DNA of 64,000 nt from Escherichia coli (GTDB lineage: Bacteria; Pseudomonadota; Gammaproteobacteria; Enterobacterales; Enterobacteriaceae). The stretch's first letter is position 1, and the number at the start of each line of letters is the position of its first letter. The position numbers were made by a program, and so were the translations under genes. A model generated the notes under the pieces. That model had not been told where the DNA came from and made no database searches. It worked only from the letters and a program-made list of their open reading frames with translations. Location: assembly GCF_013315695.1 (NCBI RefSeq), contig NZ_CP054353.1; one strand, 5' to 3'. Of the stretch, positions 12,314 through 25,366 are shown one piece after another.

Positions 12314-13965
12314 TGAAATCGGTACGTTACCTTATCGGCCTCTTCGCGTTTATTGCCTGCTATTACCTGTTACCGATCAGCACGCGTCTGCTATGGCAAC
12401 CCGATGAAACGCGTTATGCGGAAATCAGTCGGGAAATGCTGGCATCCGGCGACTGGATTGTGCCCCATCTGTTAGGGCTACGTTATTTCGAAAAACCCAT
12501 TGCCGGATACTGGATTAACAGCATTGGGCAATGGCTATTTGGCGCGAATAACTTTGGTGTGCGGGCAGGCGTTATCTTTGCGACCCTGTTAACTGCCGCG
12601 CTGGTGACCTGGTTTACTCTGCGCTTATGGCGCGATAAACGTCTGGCACTACTCGCCGCTGTCATTTATCTCTCGCTGCTTATTGTCTACGCCATCGGCA
12701 CTTACGCCGTGCTCGATCCGTTTATTGCATTCTGGCTGGTGTCGGGAATGTGTAGCTTCTGGTTGGCAATGGATGCGCAAACGTGGAAAGGTAAAAGCGC
12801 GGGATTTTTACTGCTGGGAATCACCTGCGGCATGGGGGTGATGACCAAAGGTTTTCTCGCCCTTGCCGTGCCGGTATTAAGCGTGCTTCCATGGGTTGCA
12901 ACGCAAAAACGCTGGAAAGATCTCTTTATTTACGGCTGGCTGGCGGTCATCAGTTGCGTACTGACGGTTCTCCCCTGGGGACTGGCGATAGCGCAGCGGG
13001 AGCCTGACTTCTGGCACTATTTTTTCTGGGTTGAGCATATTCAACGCTTTGCAATGGATGATGCTCAGCATAGAGCTCCGTTCTGGTACTACTTGCCGGT
13101 CATCATTGCCGGTAGCCTGCCGTGGCTGGGATTACTCCCCGGAGCACTGTACGCAGGCTGGAAAAACCGCAAGCATTCCGCAACCGTCTATTTGTTGAGC
13201 TGGACGATAATGCCGCTGCTGTTTTTCTCCGTCGCTAAAGGCAAATTGCCCACCTATATTCTTTCCTGCTTTGCACCTCTGGCAATGCTGATGGCGCATT
13301 ACGCTTTGCTGGCAGCAAAAAATAATCCTCTGGCGCTGCGGATTAATGGCTGGATTAACATCGCTTTTGGTGTCACTGGCATTATTGCCACATTTGTGGT
13401 CTCCCCATGGGGACCAATGAACACGCCAGTGTGGCAAACCTTCGAGAGCTATAAAGTCTTTTGTGCCTGGTCGATTTTTTCGCTATGGGCATTTTTCGGC
13501 TGGTACACCTTAACAAACGTCGAAAAGACCTGGTCTTTTGCCGCGCTTTGCCCGCTGGGGCTGGCGTTGCTGGTAGGATTTTCAATTCCTGACAGAGTCA
13601 TGGAAGGAAAACATCCGCAATTTTTTGTCGAGATGACACAAGAATCACTGCAGCCAAGCCGCTATATTCTTACTGATAGCGTCGGTGTTGCCGCAGGTCT
13701 GGCATGGAGCCTGCAACGCGATGACATCATCATGTATCGCCAGACAGGTGAGTTGAAATACGGCCTTAATTATCCGGATGCGAAAGGGAGATTTGTCAGC
13801 GGTGATGAGTTCGCAAACTGGCTTAATCAACATCGTCAGGAGGGGATTATTACACTCGTGCTTTCGGTTGACCGCGATGAAGATATCAACAGTCTCGCCA
13901 TTCCGCCCGCAGATGCCATCGATCGTCAGGAGCGTCTGGTGCTGATTCAGTATCGTCCCAAATGA
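12313..13965 (+). CDS. arnT: undecaprenyl phosphate-alpha-L-Ara4N arabinosyl transferase
   Basis: 550-aa polytopic membrane protein ORF; overlaps arnD stop. Confidence 0.9.
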
Positions 13966-14297
13966 TCTGGCTAACATTAGTCTTTGCCAGCTTGCTTAGC
14001 GTTGCCGGGCAGTTGTGTCAGAAACAGGCAACCTGCTTTGTGGCGATAAACAAACGGCGCAAACATATCGTGCTGTGGCTGGGACTGGCGCTGGCTTGTC
14101 TTGGTCTTGCCATGGTGCTCTGGCTGCTGGTCTTGCAGAACGTACCGGTAGGCATTGCCTACCCGATGTTAAGTCTGAATTTTGTCTGGGTGACGCTGGC
14201 TGCAGTAAAACTGTGGCACGAACCGGTATCGCCGCGTCACTGGTGTGGGGTGGCGTTCATTATTGGTGGCATTGTGATCCTCGGGAGTACCGTGTAA
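13962..14297 (+). CDS. arnE: undecaprenyl phosphate-L-Ara4N flippase subunit
   Basis: 111-aa small multi-TM protein; ATGA overlap with arnT. Confidence 0.85.
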
Positions 14298-14683
14298 TGG
14301 GCCTGATGTGGGGATTATTCAGCGTCATTATCGCCTCCGCTGCGCAATTAAGCCTGGGTTTTGCGGCGAGTCATCTGCCGCCGATGACGCACTTATGGGA
14401 TTTTATCGCGGCGCTGTTAGCTTTTGGCCTGGATGCCCGGATACTGTTACTCGGGCTGCTGGGTTATCTGCTTTCCGTTTTTTGTTGGTATAAAACACTA
14501 CATAAACTTGCACTAAGCAAAGCCTATGCCTTGCTCAGTATGAGTTATGTGCTGGTATGGATTGCTTCAATGGTACTTCCCGGCTGGGAAGGAACTTTTT
14601 CGCTGAAAGCACTACTGGGAGTAGCCTGTATTATGAGCGGGTTGATGCTGATTTTCCTGCCCACGACAAAACAACGTTACTGA
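14297..14683 (+). CDS. arnF: undecaprenyl phosphate-L-Ara4N flippase subunit
   Basis: ATG at 14297 overlapping the arnE TAA (TAATG); 128 aa [22 protein letters not shown]...; lies inside the longer out-of-phase track ORF 14015..14683. Confidence 0.85.
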
Positions 14684-14943
14684 GTTTTCCCTGCCACTTT
14701 ACACTGCCGTTCCCACTCATCGGGGCTATAACTGCTTGCCGAGAGGACTTTCACCGTATGCAGCTTTTCACGATTAATACAATAAAGCGCATTCTGCAAA
14801 GGCGAGAGTAAATCCCCCACTTTCACGGCGAAGTCACTCTTCACTTCGGCGATCATTTTTATCGCGCCGCCAGCATCGCAGAGCATAAGTACATGTCTGT
14901 TATCTTGTTTATTGCAGCACGATTTTTTGACCAGCCATTCCAT
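14677..14943 (-). CDS. pmrD: signal-transduction connector protein PmrD
   Basis: ATG at 14941-14943 gives 88 aa [26 protein letters not shown]...; track ORF extends 10 codons further upstream; 3' end overlaps arnF 3' end by 7 bp. Confidence 0.85.
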
Positions 14944-15052
14944 TGCATTATCCTGTTTGATAAGAGTTTTCACATCAATTTACAGATTAACAGATAAACC
15001 TATTATCAACGGCAATGGAATGGCAAAATTGCGAAGTGAAACTAATGATTTC

Positions 15053-16408
15053 TTAATCCTGGCGTTGCACCCACTCTTTTAACGCCTGACGTGAAATTTT
15101 AATACCGCCGTTTTTCAGTTCTGATGGTAACGTTAACCAACGCACCGGTTGCTGAAAACGAGCCAACTTGTCTTTCACCCATTCGTCAAGATCAACGGTT
15201 TGCTGGTCATACTCCACCACCGCTACCGGCCGATGACCAAACTCCTTGTCGGCAACGGGGACGATAAACACCTGCAAAACCGCAGGATGTGCAGCAATAA
15301 CGCGCTCGACTTCTTCCGGCTGAATACCCTCACCGCCACTGAAGAATAGATTGTCTAAACGTCCGACAATGGTCAGCTTGCCATTATGCATCTCACCGCG
15401 ATCGCGCGTGGCGTACCAGCCTTCGTCATTAACCAGTGGAACCCGTTGCCCGTTACGCCAGTAACCTTCTGCCATACTGGCAGCCCGCAGCCACACTTCA
15501 TCATTAACGATTTTCACTTCCCGACCCGGCAGCGGCGAACCAACGTCCGCCAGGCCGTCGGCTTCTTTCGCACACACCGTGGAGGCAAACTCGGTCAGAC
15601 CATAGCCGCAAAAGCAACGAATCCCCTGCTCGCGCGCCTGTTCCGTCAACTCGACCGGGATAGCCGCGCCGCCAAGTAAAACCGCTTTCAGGGAAACGGA
15701 ACTACGGTTAACCAGCAAACGCCAGAGTTGTGTTGGCACCAGTGAAGCGTGAGTACAGCCTGCCAGCATTTGCTCCAATGGCTGTTTATCACGTACCGTC
15801 ATCCGCGCACCCGCGTATAACCAGCGCCACATAATTCCCTGACCGGAGACGTGAAACAGCGGTAAAGAGAGCAACCAGTCATCGTGCTCGCCAAACGGTA
15901 TCAGCGATAACACACCTTGCGCACTGGCAAGATGGGCCTGATAAGTATGAACAGCGGCTTTCGGCAAACCGGTAGAGCCAGAGGTCAACGTCATTGAGCA
16001 CAGACGCGTCGGCTGCCACGCAGCGGCATGTGCGCCTTCAACCAGCTGAATGTGCAGCGACGTTAACGCCGGAAACGTGTTTTCCCCATCCGGCACCAGC
16101 GCAAATTGCAGCGTCAGATTGGGCAGCAATTCTTCAAGCAACGGTTGCGGCAGCTGAGGGTTCACGGGCAACACCCGCGCCCCGCATTGCAGTAACGCCA
16201 GCCAGGCGAGCAGCGTTTGCGGCGTATTCCACGCCCGCAACATCACGCCGCTGCCCTCAACAACGCCCTGCGCCGCAAAGCCGGAGGCTAATTCATCGAC
16301 GCGAGCACAAAGCTCACGCCAGTTGAGTTGCTCGTCATTAAGACGTAAGGCGATGGCTTCTCCCCGCACTTGCCGCCAGTGACGCCACGGCCAGTCAGAG
16401 AAGATCAT
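15053..16408 (-). CDS. menE: o-succinylbenzoate--CoA ligase
   Basis: 451-aa ORF, adenylate-forming enzyme family, at the end of the men cluster. Confidence 0.9.
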   Translation of the reverse strand: MIFSDWPWRHWRQVRGEAIALRLNDEQLNWRELCARVDELASGFAAQGVVEGSGVMLRAWNTPQTLLAWLALLQCGARVLPVNPQLPQPLLEELLPNLTLQFALVPDGENTFPALTSLHIQLVEGAHAAAWQPTRLCSMTLTSGSTGLPKAAVHTYQAHLASAQGVLSLIPFGEHDDWLLSLPLFHVSGQGIMWRWLYAGARMTVRDKQPLEQMLAGCTHASLVPTQLWRLLVNRSSVSLKAVLLGGAAIPVELTEQAREQGIRCFCGYGLTEFASTVCAKEADGLADVGSPLPGREVKIVNDEVWLRAASMAEGYWRNGQRVPLVNDEGWYATRDRGEMHNGKLTIVGRLDNLFFSGGEGIQPEEVERVIAAHPAVLQVFIVPVADKEFGHRPVAVVEYDQQTVDLDEWVKDKLARFQQPVRWLTLPSELKNGGIKISRQALKEWVQRQD

Positions 16409-17367
16409 AACAGCCGCTCCAGTGCATCAACTTCCACTAACGGCAGCGGGCTACCCGGCCAGCGACGAACCTGCTGCGCCTGCATCAGATCCAGCGTGTC
16501 CAGCCCCGGAATGGTGTCTGGCGTTAACCAGGCGGCAATCCGCGCCAGTTGCGTTAAGCCTAAGCTCGACTCAATAGAAGAACTGATCACCGCCGTCAGC
16601 CCCAACGCGTGCGCCGCCTGCACCTGCTCGCGTACTTTCTCCAGGCTACCCGTGAGCGTGGGTTTGATAACTACCGCGCGCACACCTTTTTCCGCCACAA
16701 AGGCAAAATCCGGCTCACGCAGGCTTTCATCCCAGGCAATGGCAATGCCGGTTTCACGGGCAAACGCACGCGAATCATCGCGGGTTTTGCACGGCTCTTC
16801 GAGAAAAGCAATGCGGTGGCGATAATCCGGGTTAACGTATTTGGCAAACTGCTGGCCTTTCAGCGGTGTCCAGGCGCGATTCGCGTCAAGACGCAAATGC
16901 AGATCCGGAATTGCCTCCAGCAACAGATTCACCACCATGCCGTCGCGCACGGCTTCGTACAATCCCACTTTGACCTTCGCCACTTTCTCACCAGGCATAT
17001 CGGCAAGTTTGAGGATCATATCGTCAGGATCGCCATTACACAGTGGTGCCGCACGGTAATTGGCCGCCTGCGGCAACGCATCGGTCAGTTCTGCCAATGC
17101 ACAGCTTACGCCAAAGGCCACGGAAGGCATCTGCGGTAATTCGCAATCGCCTGCCAGCCAGTTATTTACCCAGGCAAGCAGCACGCTTTGCGCCTCTTCC
17201 CAGGTTTCCTGGCTGAAGCCCGGCAGTGGGGAGATCTCCCCCCACCCTTCGCGCTCGCCCTCACGCAGGCAAACGTACAGCCCGTCGCGGGTTTTTAACC
17301 GCCTGTCGCGCAGAACCACCCCCGCGTCCATGGGGATCTGCCAGCGGTATACCTGCGCGCTACGCAT
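16405..17367 (-). CDS. menC: o-succinylbenzoate synthase (enolase superfamily)
   Basis: 320-aa ORF; 4-nt overlap with menE. Confidence 0.9.
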   Translation of the reverse strand: MRSAQVYRWQIPMDAGVVLRDRRLKTRDGLYVCLREGEREGWGEISPLPGFSQETWEEAQSVLLAWVNNWLAGDCELPQMPSVAFGVSCALAELTDALPQAANYRAAPLCNGDPDDMILKLADMPGEKVAKVKVGLYEAVRDGMVVNLLLEAIPDLHLRLDANRAWTPLKGQQFAKYVNPDYRHRIAFLEEPCKTRDDSRAFARETGIAIAWDESLREPDFAFVAEKGVRAVVIKPTLTGSLEKVREQVQAAHALGLTAVISSSIESSLGLTQLARIAAWLTPDTIPGLDTLDLMQAQQVRRWPGSPLPLVEVDALERLL

Positions 17368-18224
17368 TACGGATTCCGTTTAAATTTGCTGAAGTCAGGC
17401 TGACGTTTCTGGTTGAAGGCGTTGCGACCTTCCTGACCTTCTTCCGTCATGTAGAACAGCATGGTGGCGTTGCCCGCCAGCTCCTGCAGACCTGCCTGAC
17501 CGTCACAGTCGGCGTTCAGTGCAGCTTTCAGGCAGCGCAGCGCCATCGGGCTGTTTTGCAGCATTTCACGGCACCAGCGCACGGTTTCTTTTTCCAGATC
17601 CGCCAGCGGTACCACGGTGTTTACAAGGCCCATATCCAGCGCCTGTTTCGCGTCGTACTGACGGCACAGGAACCAGATTTCACGCGCTTTTTTCTGTCCG
17701 ACGATGCGAGCCATGTAGGAAGCGCCCCAGCCGCCGTCGAAGGAACCGACTTTCGGGCCAGTCTGACCGAAGATGGCATTATCTGCCGCGATAGTCAGGT
17801 CGCACATCATGTGCAGAACGTGACCGCCGCCGATGGAGTAGCCAGCCACCATCGCGACAACCGGTTTCGGACAGGTACGAATCTGACGCTGGAAGTCCAG
17901 CACGTTCAGGTGATGTACGCCGGAATCATCTTTATAGCCGCCGTAATCACCACGCACTTTCTGGTCACCACCGGAGCAGAACGCTTTATCGCCTGCGCCA
18001 GTCAGAATGATCACGCCGATGTTGTCGTCATAACGCGCATCTGCCAGTGCCTGGATCATCTCTTTTACCGTCAGAGGACGGAAGGCATTGCGCACCTGCG
18101 GACGATTAATGGTGATTTTTGCGATACCGTCGGCAGATTTTTCATAACGAATGTCCTCGAAACCTTCGGAGCAGTCGTGCCATTCAACCGGTGCGTAAAG
18201 CATTGCTTCATCAGGATAAATCAT
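17367..18224 (-). CDS. menB: 1,4-dihydroxy-2-naphthoyl-CoA synthase (crotonase fold)
   Basis: 285-aa [33 protein letters not shown]...; 1-nt overlap with menC. Confidence 0.9.
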   Translation of the reverse strand: MIYPDEAMLYAPVEWHDCSEGFEDIRYEKSADGIAKITINRPQVRNAFRPLTVKEMIQALADARYDDNIGVIILTGAGDKAFCSGGDQKVRGDYGGYKDDSGVHHLNVLDFQRQIRTCPKPVVAMVAGYSIGGGHVLHMMCDLTIAADNAIFGQTGPKVGSFDGGWGASYMARIVGQKKAREIWFLCRQYDAKQALDMGLVNTVVPLADLEKETVRWCREMLQNSPMALRCLKAALNADCDGQAGLQELAGNATMLFYMTEEGQEGRNAFNQKRQPDFSKFKRNP

Positions 18225-18238
18225 ATTGTGTCCTTTAG

Positions 18239-18997
18239 TCAGAAACGCAAGATCTGCGCCAGACTTGCGATTACGCCAGCGGGATTTTCCCGATGCGCGT
18301 TATGTCCGGCGCGAGGAATGACATGGCATTCGGCAGCCAGTTCCGCCGCCAGGGCGCGGAATTTGCTGTCACGTTCACCACATAAATAATAAAACGCAAA
18401 TGTGCGGGCGCTAAGGTTAGCACGTAAATCGGGCTGGACGGCGAGAGAAGTCGCCTCCAGCATGGCGGCAAGCGTTGCGCCATTATTGTTGCTGCGCAGC
18501 GCAACCAGCTCCCGGCGTTGTTCGTCATTGAGTGAGGCAAAAACAGGCTGTTGATACCAATCAGCAAATACCGCCGTTAACGGTTCTGTGCGAAAACGCT
18601 GCGCCCATTGGCGATCGGAACGCTGACGTTCCGTGCGTTGTTCAGCATTTTGCAACCCAGGATGCCCGCCTTCGACAACAACCCCACAAAGCCCCGCCAG
18701 CCCCTGGCAAGCCGCCATCATCGCCACCCGTCCGCCAAGCGAGTACCCCACCAGCCAGAAGTCAAGGATGTTGTAACTAACCAAGGTTTTACACAGTAAG
18801 CCGGTGACATCATCAAATCCATCGACGCTAATCGCCGCCGAACCACCGTGACCAGGGAGATCAACATACAACCGTGAGTAGTCGGCAAACACCTCGCCCA
18901 CTTCTTGCCATTCATGGCAATCGCCGGAAAAACCGTGCAAAAACACCAGCCAGGGTAAACCTGGTTTACCGTGTTTTGCCTGCGCGTGCAGGATCAT
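18239..18997 (-). CDS. menH: 2-succinyl-6-hydroxy-2,4-cyclohexadiene-1-carboxylate synthase (alpha/beta hydrolase)
   Basis: 252-aa ORF with GYSLGG nucleophile-elbow motif. Confidence 0.9.
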   Translation of the reverse strand: MILHAQAKHGKPGLPWLVFLHGFSGDCHEWQEVGEVFADYSRLYVDLPGHGGSAAISVDGFDDVTGLLCKTLVSYNILDFWLVGYSLGGRVAMMAACQGLAGLCGVVVEGGHPGLQNAEQRTERQRSDRQWAQRFRTEPLTAVFADWYQQPVFASLNDEQRRELVALRSNNNGATLAAMLEATSLAVQPDLRANLSARTFAFYYLCGERDSKFRALAAELAAECHVIPRAGHNAHRENPAGVIASLAQILRF

Positions 18998-20664
18998 AAA
19001 TGGCTTACCTGCGCCAGCAGTTGCTGGAGGGTTTGCGCACCATCGGTGTCGTTAACCACCATTTCAATTACCGTGGTGGTCGGCGTGCGCCAGGCGTCGG
19101 CAAGTGCCGTTTCAAGTTCCTGCCAGTTTTGCGGACGATGATATTTCAGCTCGAACATCGCGGCGGCGTGCTCAAAATGGACGTTTTGCGGCATCAGATA
19201 GAAACGCTCGCGCTCGTTTTTCGGCGTTGGCAACAGCGAGAAAATTTGCCCGCCGTTGTTGTTCACCACAATTAATACCAGCGGCGCGGAAACCTGACGT
19301 AATAACGCCAGCGCGTTGAGATCGTAAAGAGCTGAGAGATCGCCCACAATCGCCAGCGTCGGTTTGCCGCTTGCCCGCTGAACGCCTGCGGCGGTCGAGA
19401 GCAGCCCGTCGATACCGCTGGCACCACGGTTGCTGTACACCGGGTAACCTGCCGGAAGTTGCGAAAGCGCATCAATCAGACGTACCACCAGGCTGTTACC
19501 GACAAACAATTGCCCCTGTTCAGGCAGATAGTCGCTGATGCGATGCGCCAGTTGGGCTTCGCCAAACGCATCGCGACGGGCAATAACCGCCTGCATTGCC
19601 TGTTCCGCCAGGCGCGGGATTTCAACGCACCAGGGCTGGCGTTTTTCTGCCGGATGTTGCTCCAGCCAGTCGGCAATATTGGCAATTAAGCGACGTCCGC
19701 GATGGTGTGCCGGATCAAGTCGCCCTTCAATGTCATCAACAATCCAGTACTCTTCGGGTTCACAGCTTGCCTGCCATTGCAGGAGCCGTTTGCCCGTCAG
19801 GCTGCTTCCCAGTTGCACCACAATTTGCGCCTGTTGCAGTTCGCTGGTCGCTTTGGCATTGCCTAACCAGAGATCGGCACACGGCAGCGGCTGTCCGGTT
19901 TGCGACAGCACATCGCCAATCAGCGGCCAGCCAAGAGTTTGCGCCCACAGGGCAACTTTTTTGCCCTCTTCCGCACTCATGCGCCCGGCAACCACCACGC
20001 CGCGCTTTTGTCGCCAGAAGAACCAGTCGCGCTGTTTTTCACTTTCCAGACGAGGCGCTTCACGCAGCCACGGCTTATCGTCCTGCCACCAGTCGCCCAG
20101 ACGCTGTTGCCAGCTAAGCCCGGTGTCGTCCATTTCGCCATACAGCGGTTCGGCAAACGGACAGTTGATATGGACTCCACCCGCATGAAGCGTACCGAGA
20201 GCGTGGTCGATGGTAGAAACCAGCCAACGTGCGGGGATATCCTGGGTCGGGCGCGGCAATGAAATACTGTGCGTGGGGTGAGAGGCGAACATTCCCGGCT
20301 GACGAATCGCCTGATTCGCGCCGCAGTCAATGAGCTCCGGCGGGCGATCGGCGGTTAACAGGATCAGTTTTTCTCCGGTTAACCCGGCTTCAATCAGTGC
20401 CGGATAGAGATTTGCTACCGCCGTGCCGGAGGTCACAATCACCGCCACCGGCTGCTTGCTGACTTTCGCCAGCCCCAGCGCCAGATGCCCCAGTCCACGC
20501 TCATCGAAATGGGTGTGGTGAATGAATGCGGAATTCTCCGCCGCCGCTAACGTTAACGGTGTAGAACGCGAGCCAGGGGCGATACAGATGTGTCTGACGC
20601 CGTGACGCGTTAATGCTTCCAGAATGACCGCCGCCCAGCGTCGGTTAAATGCGCTTACTGACAT
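18994..20664 (-). CDS. menD: SEPHCHC synthase (ThDP-dependent)
   Basis: Track ORF 18994..21015 is over-extended; ATG at 20662-20664 gives 556 aa [22 protein letters not shown]...; 4-nt overlap with menH. Confidence 0.9.
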   Translation of the reverse strand: MSVSAFNRRWAAVILEALTRHGVRHICIAPGSRSTPLTLAAAENSAFIHHTHFDERGLGHLALGLAKVSKQPVAVIVTSGTAVANLYPALIEAGLTGEKLILLTADRPPELIDCGANQAIRQPGMFASHPTHSISLPRPTQDIPARWLVSTIDHALGTLHAGGVHINCPFAEPLYGEMDDTGLSWQQRLGDWWQDDKPWLREAPRLESEKQRDWFFWRQKRGVVVAGRMSAEEGKKVALWAQTLGWPLIGDVLSQTGQPLPCADLWLGNAKATSELQQAQIVVQLGSSLTGKRLLQWQASCEPEEYWIVDDIEGRLDPAHHRGRRLIANIADWLEQHPAEKRQPWCVEIPRLAEQAMQAVIARRDAFGEAQLAHRISDYLPEQGQLFVGNSLVVRLIDALSQLPAGYPVYSNRGASGIDGLLSTAAGVQRASGKPTLAIVGDLSALYDLNALALLRQVSAPLVLIVVNNNGGQIFSLLPTPKNERERFYLMPQNVHFEHAAAMFELKYHRPQNWQELETALADAWRTPTTTVIEMVVNDTDGAQTLQQLLAQVSHL

Positions 20665-20752
20665 GAGTTTGTCCGGTATCAATATTGCGGCTAAGTATAA
20701 GGAGCTACAAAAATAGATTATTGATATGAATCGGTAATGATGCGACTCATTA

Positions 20753-22048
20753 CTATTCCATTTGTAATAAAGTACGCAGCCCTGCCGCTTTGTTGTCGAT
20801 TTCCTGCCACTCTTGCTCGGGGTCGGAACCACGGACAATGCCCGCGCCAGCATATAGCCGCACGACATTGCCGCTAATTTTTGCTGAGCGCAGGGAAACG
20901 CAGAATTCGCTTTGTTGTAATGAGAGATAGCCCGCAGAACCGGCGTACCATTCTCGGGTGAACGGTTCGTGACGGGCGATAAACTGTCGCGCCAGATCGC
21001 GCGGTAAGCCAGCAACTGCTGCCGTTGGCTGCAACTGATGTAAACAGATCACATCATCCGCTTTGTTGAGTGCAGTCCAGATACAGCGGCGAAGATGCTG
21101 CACTTTACGCAGACGCAGTACCTGCGGCGGTAAAACATCCAACGTCCGGGTATCGGCCTGCAATCGTTGGCAGATATCCTCCACCACCAACATGTTCTCG
21201 CGCTGGTTTTTATCATCCGCCATCAGCCACTCACCCAACCGCTGCGCCTGCTTATCATCAGGATGATTTGCTACCGTTCCCGCCAGCGCTTCAGTACGCA
21301 GCGCTTTGTCACGCCGCCGCCATAACCGTTCCGGTGAAGAGCCAAGAAAAGCAATTTCGCCATCAAAGGCCATGTAAAAATGGTAGCAATTCAGATTCAG
21401 TCGACGACTGGCAGCCATCATCGCCGCCGCATTGACCGGACTTGCGAAATGCAGGTCAGTTGCCCGAGCAAGCACCACTTTGTCGAGCTCACCTTCGGCG
21501 ATGGTTTTCGTTGCCAGTTCGATTAATTGCGTCCAGCCCGTTTTGTCCGGCCAGTGTTGTTCTCGGGTGGTGGTTAAATGTAACCCAGGCAAGGGTTTAA
21601 TACTCACCAGTGTGGCGATAAATTCTTTTGCCTTAATCGCATCATGCTGAAGGGATCTTTCGCTGAATAGCGTCAGCCGCAGCGTGGCTTTACCGCCACA
21701 GCGTCGCCATTCGAGGCGTGGTAAAAGTAAATTGCCCTGCGACGGGTCAAACGCATTCAACCCCCAGATGCGTAAGTCGGCGTGTTCCGGGTGTTGGCGA
21801 AGAAAACGTTGTGCCTGGTCCAACGACGTAAAACGGGTTATCGCACCCAGGACGGCAGCTTCTTCATCACCATTACGTTGTTGCCAGTAGAATTGCGGAT
21901 ACACCTGCTGACTGGCCAGCCAGCTCAAGGCATCAAAAGCGTCTTTGAGAGGGAAAGGAATATCGATAACCCGAATGCCGGGTGTCGCCGGAATCTCTTG
22001 CGACAAATGGCGCAGTAGATTTTCCAGCGCCGTAGTAAGTGATTGCAC
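20753..22048 (-). CDS. menF: isochorismate synthase (menaquinone-specific)
   Basis: 431-aa ORF with GTG start; chorismate-binding family. Confidence 0.9.
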   Translation of the reverse strand: MQSLTTALENLLRHLSQEIPATPGIRVIDIPFPLKDAFDALSWLASQQVYPQFYWQQRNGDEEAAVLGAITRFTSLDQAQRFLRQHPEHADLRIWGLNAFDPSQGNLLLPRLEWRRCGGKATLRLTLFSERSLQHDAIKAKEFIATLVSIKPLPGLHLTTTREQHWPDKTGWTQLIELATKTIAEGELDKVVLARATDLHFASPVNAAAMMAASRRLNLNCYHFYMAFDGEIAFLGSSPERLWRRRDKALRTEALAGTVANHPDDKQAQRLGEWLMADDKNQRENMLVVEDICQRLQADTRTLDVLPPQVLRLRKVQHLRRCIWTALNKADDVICLHQLQPTAAVAGLPRDLARQFIARHEPFTREWYAGSAGYLSLQQSEFCVSLRSAKISGNVVRLYAGAGIVRGSDPEQEWQEIDNKAAGLRTLLQME

Positions 22049-22126
22049 GCGGACCTCTCCCTGTTAAAAGCCTCACATTATACGGGGTACGACAAAAAAA
22101 ATGCAGTACCCCGGTGTAGGGAGGTT

Positions 22127-22432
22127 TTAACGGCGTGCCAGCAACAGTCCTAGTACCAGCCCAACGGCCGCACCCACACCAATTCCTTGCCAGGGTTTTT
22201 CGTGGACGTAGTCATCAGCACGATAAACTGCCTGCTTCGCCCGATAGTAATAACTGTCTGAAGCCTGGCTAACCCGTTTTTTCACATCATCCAGCGCTTT
22301 TTCTGCACGCGCTTTCAGCTCAACATATTTCTGATCGGCGGGATCGCCAGAGGAGCGGAGCACCTCTTCCAGTGTTTCACTAAGCAGCGTCAGGTCGTCA
22401 TCGATACGTGTATCACCAAACTGATTAGACAT
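22127..22432 (-). CDS. elaB: DUF883 membrane-anchored ribosome-associated protein ElaB
   Basis: 101-aa ORF MSNQFGDTRIDDDLTLLSETLEEV... with C-terminal TM helix. Confidence 0.9.
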   Translation of the reverse strand: MSNQFGDTRIDDDLTLLSETLEEVLRSSGDPADQKYVELKARAEKALDDVKKRVSQASDSYYYRAKQAVYRADDYVHEKPWQGIGVGAAVGLVLGLLLARR

Positions 22433-22479
22433 TCTCGTTCTCCATTTGCGTAAAACCTGTCACTAACTATAGACAATGG

Positions 22480-22932
22480 TTATTGATTACGCCTGAATAC
22501 CTCGCGTGCCATCCCAATGTGTGGGATACCATCTTCTTCATAGACCTCCGTCACAGGGATAAAGCCAAAACTTTGGTAGAAGTTTTGCAGATGCGCCTGC
22601 GCCCCGAGGTAAACAGGCTTATCAGGCCAGTGGTGCGCGCATGTTTCGAGTGTTTTACTCATCAGCTGCTGCCCCACTTTTTCGCCACGCAACGCTTCAC
22701 TGACAATCACCCGACCAATAACGACCGGTTCAAGATCATCATCACTTTTCAGAATCCTCGCATACGCTACCAGTTCATCATTTTTCCATCCGAGAATATG
22801 GCGATTATCTCCCGTCAAATCATCACCATCGATATCCTGATAAGGGCAATTCTGCTCAACAACAAACACCGCGAAGGCATAAAGCTGGGAAACCGATAAT
22901 TCAGAGTGATGCAGATCTTGCCATTCAATCAT
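22480..22932 (-). CDS. elaA: GNAT-family N-acetyltransferase ElaA
   Basis: 150-aa ORF with VFVVEQ acetyl-CoA-binding motif. Confidence 0.85.
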   Translation of the reverse strand: MIEWQDLHHSELSVSQLYAFAVFVVEQNCPYQDIDGDDLTGDNRHILGWKNDELVAYARILKSDDDLEPVVIGRVIVSEALRGEKVGQQLMSKTLETCAHHWPDKPVYLGAQAHLQNFYQSFGFIPVTEVYEEDGIPHIGMAREVFRRNQ

Positions 22933-22996
22933 AATGCTCTCCTTTTAGATGTATGCCTTATACTAGCCGGAATATTTTTTGAAACGTGATGAACTC

Positions 22997-23914
22997 ATGG
23001 AATTAATTTTTTTAGGTACTTCAGCCGGTGTGCCAACCCGTACGCGCAATGTCACGGCAATATTGCTTAACCTGCAACATCCGACCCAGAGCGGTCTTTG
23101 GTTGTTTGACTGCGGTGAAGGCACCCAGCATCAGCTACTGCATACCGCCTTTAACCCTGGAAAACTGGACAAGATTTTTATCAGTCACCTTCATGGCGAT
23201 CATCTCTTTGGTTTACCCGGCTTGCTGTGCAGTCGTTCTATGTCTGGTATTGTCCAACCCTTAACGATTTATGGTCCGCAAGGTATCCGTGAATTTGTGG
23301 AGACCGCGCTGCGGATTAGCGGCTCATGGACCGATTATCCGCTGGAAATTGTCGAAATTGGCGCTGGCGAAATTTTCGATGATGGCCTGCGCAAAGTGAC
23401 CGCTTATCCGCTGGAACACCCACTGGAATGCTATGGCTATCGTATTGAAGAACATGATAAACCGGGTGCATTAAATGCCCAGGCATTAAAAGCTGCTGGC
23501 GTACCGCCTGGCCCACTGTTTCAGGCATTAAAAGCGGGCAAAACAATCATGCTGGAAGATGGAAGGCAGATTAACGGCGCAGATTACTTAGCCGCTCCAG
23601 TGCCAGGTAAAGCGCTCGCTATTTTCGGCGATACCGGCCCCTGCGATGCCGCACTTGACCTGGCTAAAGGTGTCAATGTCATGGTGCACGAAGCGACGCT
23701 GGATATAACCATGGAAGCCAAAGCCAATAGTCGCGGCCACAGCTCTACACGCCAGGCTGCGACACTGGCCCGTGAGGCTGGAGTCGGTAAGCTAATCATT
23801 ACCCACGTCAGCTCGCGCTATGATGACAAAGGTTGTCAGCACCTGTTACGTGAATGTCGGTCAATTTTCCCGGCGACTGAACTGGCGAATGATTTCACCG
23901 TGTTTAACGTTTAA
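22997..23914 (+). CDS. rbn: RNase BN / RNase Z (metallo-beta-lactamase fold)
   Basis: ATG at 22997 gives 305 aa [18 protein letters not shown]...; HxHxDH motif (SHLHGDH); track ORF starts 6 codons upstream at 22979. Confidence 0.85.
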   Translation: MELIFLGTSAGVPTRTRNVTAILLNLQHPTQSGLWLFDCGEGTQHQLLHTAFNPGKLDKIFISHLHGDHLFGLPGLLCSRSMSGIVQPLTIYGPQGIREFVETALRISGSWTDYPLEIVEIGAGEIFDDGLRKVTAYPLEHPLECYGYRIEEHDKPGALNAQALKAAGVPPGPLFQALKAGKTIMLEDGRQINGADYLAAPVPGKALAIFGDTGPCDAALDLAKGVNVMVHEATLDITMEAKANSRGHSSTRQAATLAREAGVGKLIITHVSSRYDDKGCQHLLRECRSIFPATELANDFTVFNV

Positions 23915-24104
23915 CTCTGCTTATTATTAAAAACAGGGCTAAACTTGCCCTGTTATCGCAACCCACGCCACATATATCCACCCACACGGGCATATTGAGC
24001 GATTTTTGATATTTATTCATCTCCTTACGCACTATATTCAGAGCAATAAGTTGCCTCTTTTTATCTTCATTCAGCACAACCTTTGCAACTAAAAGGAGCC
24101 TATA

Positions 24105-25316
24105 ATGGTTACAGTTGTCAGCAATTATTGTCAATTATCTCAAACCCAACTCAGTCAGACATTTGCAGAAAAATTTACTGTGACCGATGAATTACTGCAG
24201 TCTTTAAAAAAAACAGCGTTATCCGGAGATGAAGAAAGTATTGAGTTACTGCATAACATTGCGTTAGGTTATGATGAATTTGGGAAAAAAGCTGAAGATA
24301 TTCTTTACCATATTGTTAGAAACCCAACAAATGAGACCCTATCGATTATCCGACTTATTAAAAATGCCTGTTTAAAATTATATAATTTGGCACATACCGC
24401 AACCAAACACCCCCTCAAATCACATGATTCAGATGATCTCCTGTTCAAAAAACTATTCTCCCCTTCGAAATTAATGACAATTATCGGTGAGGACATTCCT
24501 CTTATATCAGAAAAACAGTCGCTTTCAAAGGTACTTTTAAATGATAAGAATAATGAACTGAGCGATGGGACAAACTTCTGGGATAAAAATCGTCAATTAA
24601 CCACGGATGAAATAGATTGCTATCTTCAGAAGATCGCCGCTAATGCAAAAAATACTCAAGTCAATTATCCTACTGATTTCTACCTCCCCGATTCCAACAG
24701 CACTTACCTGGAAATCGCTCTCAATGATAATATTAAGAGCGATCCATCATGGCCGAAAGAAGTCCAGTTATTCCCCATAAATACTGGCGGACACTGGATA
24801 TTAGTTTCGCTACAAAAAATAGTTAATGAAAAAAATAACACACAACAAATAAAATGCGTCATATTCAACTCATTACGTGCACTAGGCCATGAAAAAGAAA
24901 ATTCACTTAAGCGCATCATTAATAGTTTTAATTCTGAACTCATGGGAGAAATGCCGAATAATGATAATATAACAGATCATTTAGCTGAACCAGAAATAAT
25001 ATTTTTACATACCGATCTTCAGCAATACTTAAGCCAAAGTTGCGGTGCATTTGTGTGCATGGCAGCCAAAGAAGTAATTGAACAAAGGGAAAGCAATTCT
25101 GACAGCGCTCCCTATACGTTATTAAAAAACTATGCTGACAGATTTAAAAAATATTCAGCAGAAGAGCAGTACGAAATTGATTTTCAACATCGACTGATAA
25201 ACAGAAATTGTTATTTAGATAAATATGGCGATGCAAATATCAATGATTATTATAGAGACTTAGAAATAAAACACTCACAACCCCAAAATAGAGCATCAGG
25301 CAAAAGAGTAAGTTAA
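24105..25316 (+). CDS. elaD: ElaD deubiquitinase-like cysteine protease (C48/CE-clan like)
   Basis: 403-aa ORF preceded by AAAAGGAG; strongly AT-rich relative to flanking genes. Confidence 0.8.
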   Translation: MVTVVSNYCQLSQTQLSQTFAEKFTVTDELLQSLKKTALSGDEESIELLHNIALGYDEFGKKAEDILYHIVRNPTNETLSIIRLIKNACLKLYNLAHTATKHPLKSHDSDDLLFKKLFSPSKLMTIIGEDIPLISEKQSLSKVLLNDKNNELSDGTNFWDKNRQLTTDEIDCYLQKIAANAKNTQVNYPTDFYLPDSNSTYLEIALNDNIKSDPSWPKEVQLFPINTGGHWILVSLQKIVNEKNNTQQIKCVIFNSLRALGHEKENSLKRIINSFNSELMGEMPNNDNITDHLAEPEIIFLHTDLQQYLSQSCGAFVCMAAKEVIEQRESNSDSAPYTLLKNYADRFKKYSAEEQYEIDFQHRLINRNCYLDKYGDANINDYYRDLEIKHSQPQNRASGKRVS

Positions 25317-25332
25317 CATCATTGTTAATTAA

Positions 25333-25366
25333 TTCGACCAGTCAGCAAATATGCTGACTGGTCGAA
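25333..25366. repeat. perfect inverted repeat (15-bp stem, 4-nt loop) just downstream of elaD
   Basis: TTCGACCAGTCAGCA-AATA-TGCTGACTGGTCGAA; no adjacent T-run; further CTGAC/GTCAG repeats at 25380-25410. Confidence 0.6.

Noticed and set aside
14015-14683. 222-aa plus-strand ORF spanning arnE and arnF
   Set aside because: Its first part is out of frame with arnE. The real arnF begins at the ATG at 14297 overlapping the arnE stop, giving the expected 128-aa membrane protein.
14944-15052. Possible PhoP box (GGTTTA-N5-TAATCT-like) in the pmrD upstream region
   Set aside because: Only one half-site is a reasonable match on visual inspection. Not confident without a PWM scan.
20665-21015. N-terminal extension of the menD ORF (track ORF of 673 aa)
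   Set aside because: The extension overlaps the 3' end of menF in another frame and has no MenD-like sequence. The ATG at 20662-20664 gives the expected 556-aa MenD.
22480-22932. Possible short in-frame deletion in elaA (150 aa here; I vaguely recall 153 aa for K-12 ElaA)
   Set aside because: I cannot verify the reference length from memory, and the reading frame and GNAT motifs are intact. Needs an alignment before any claim.
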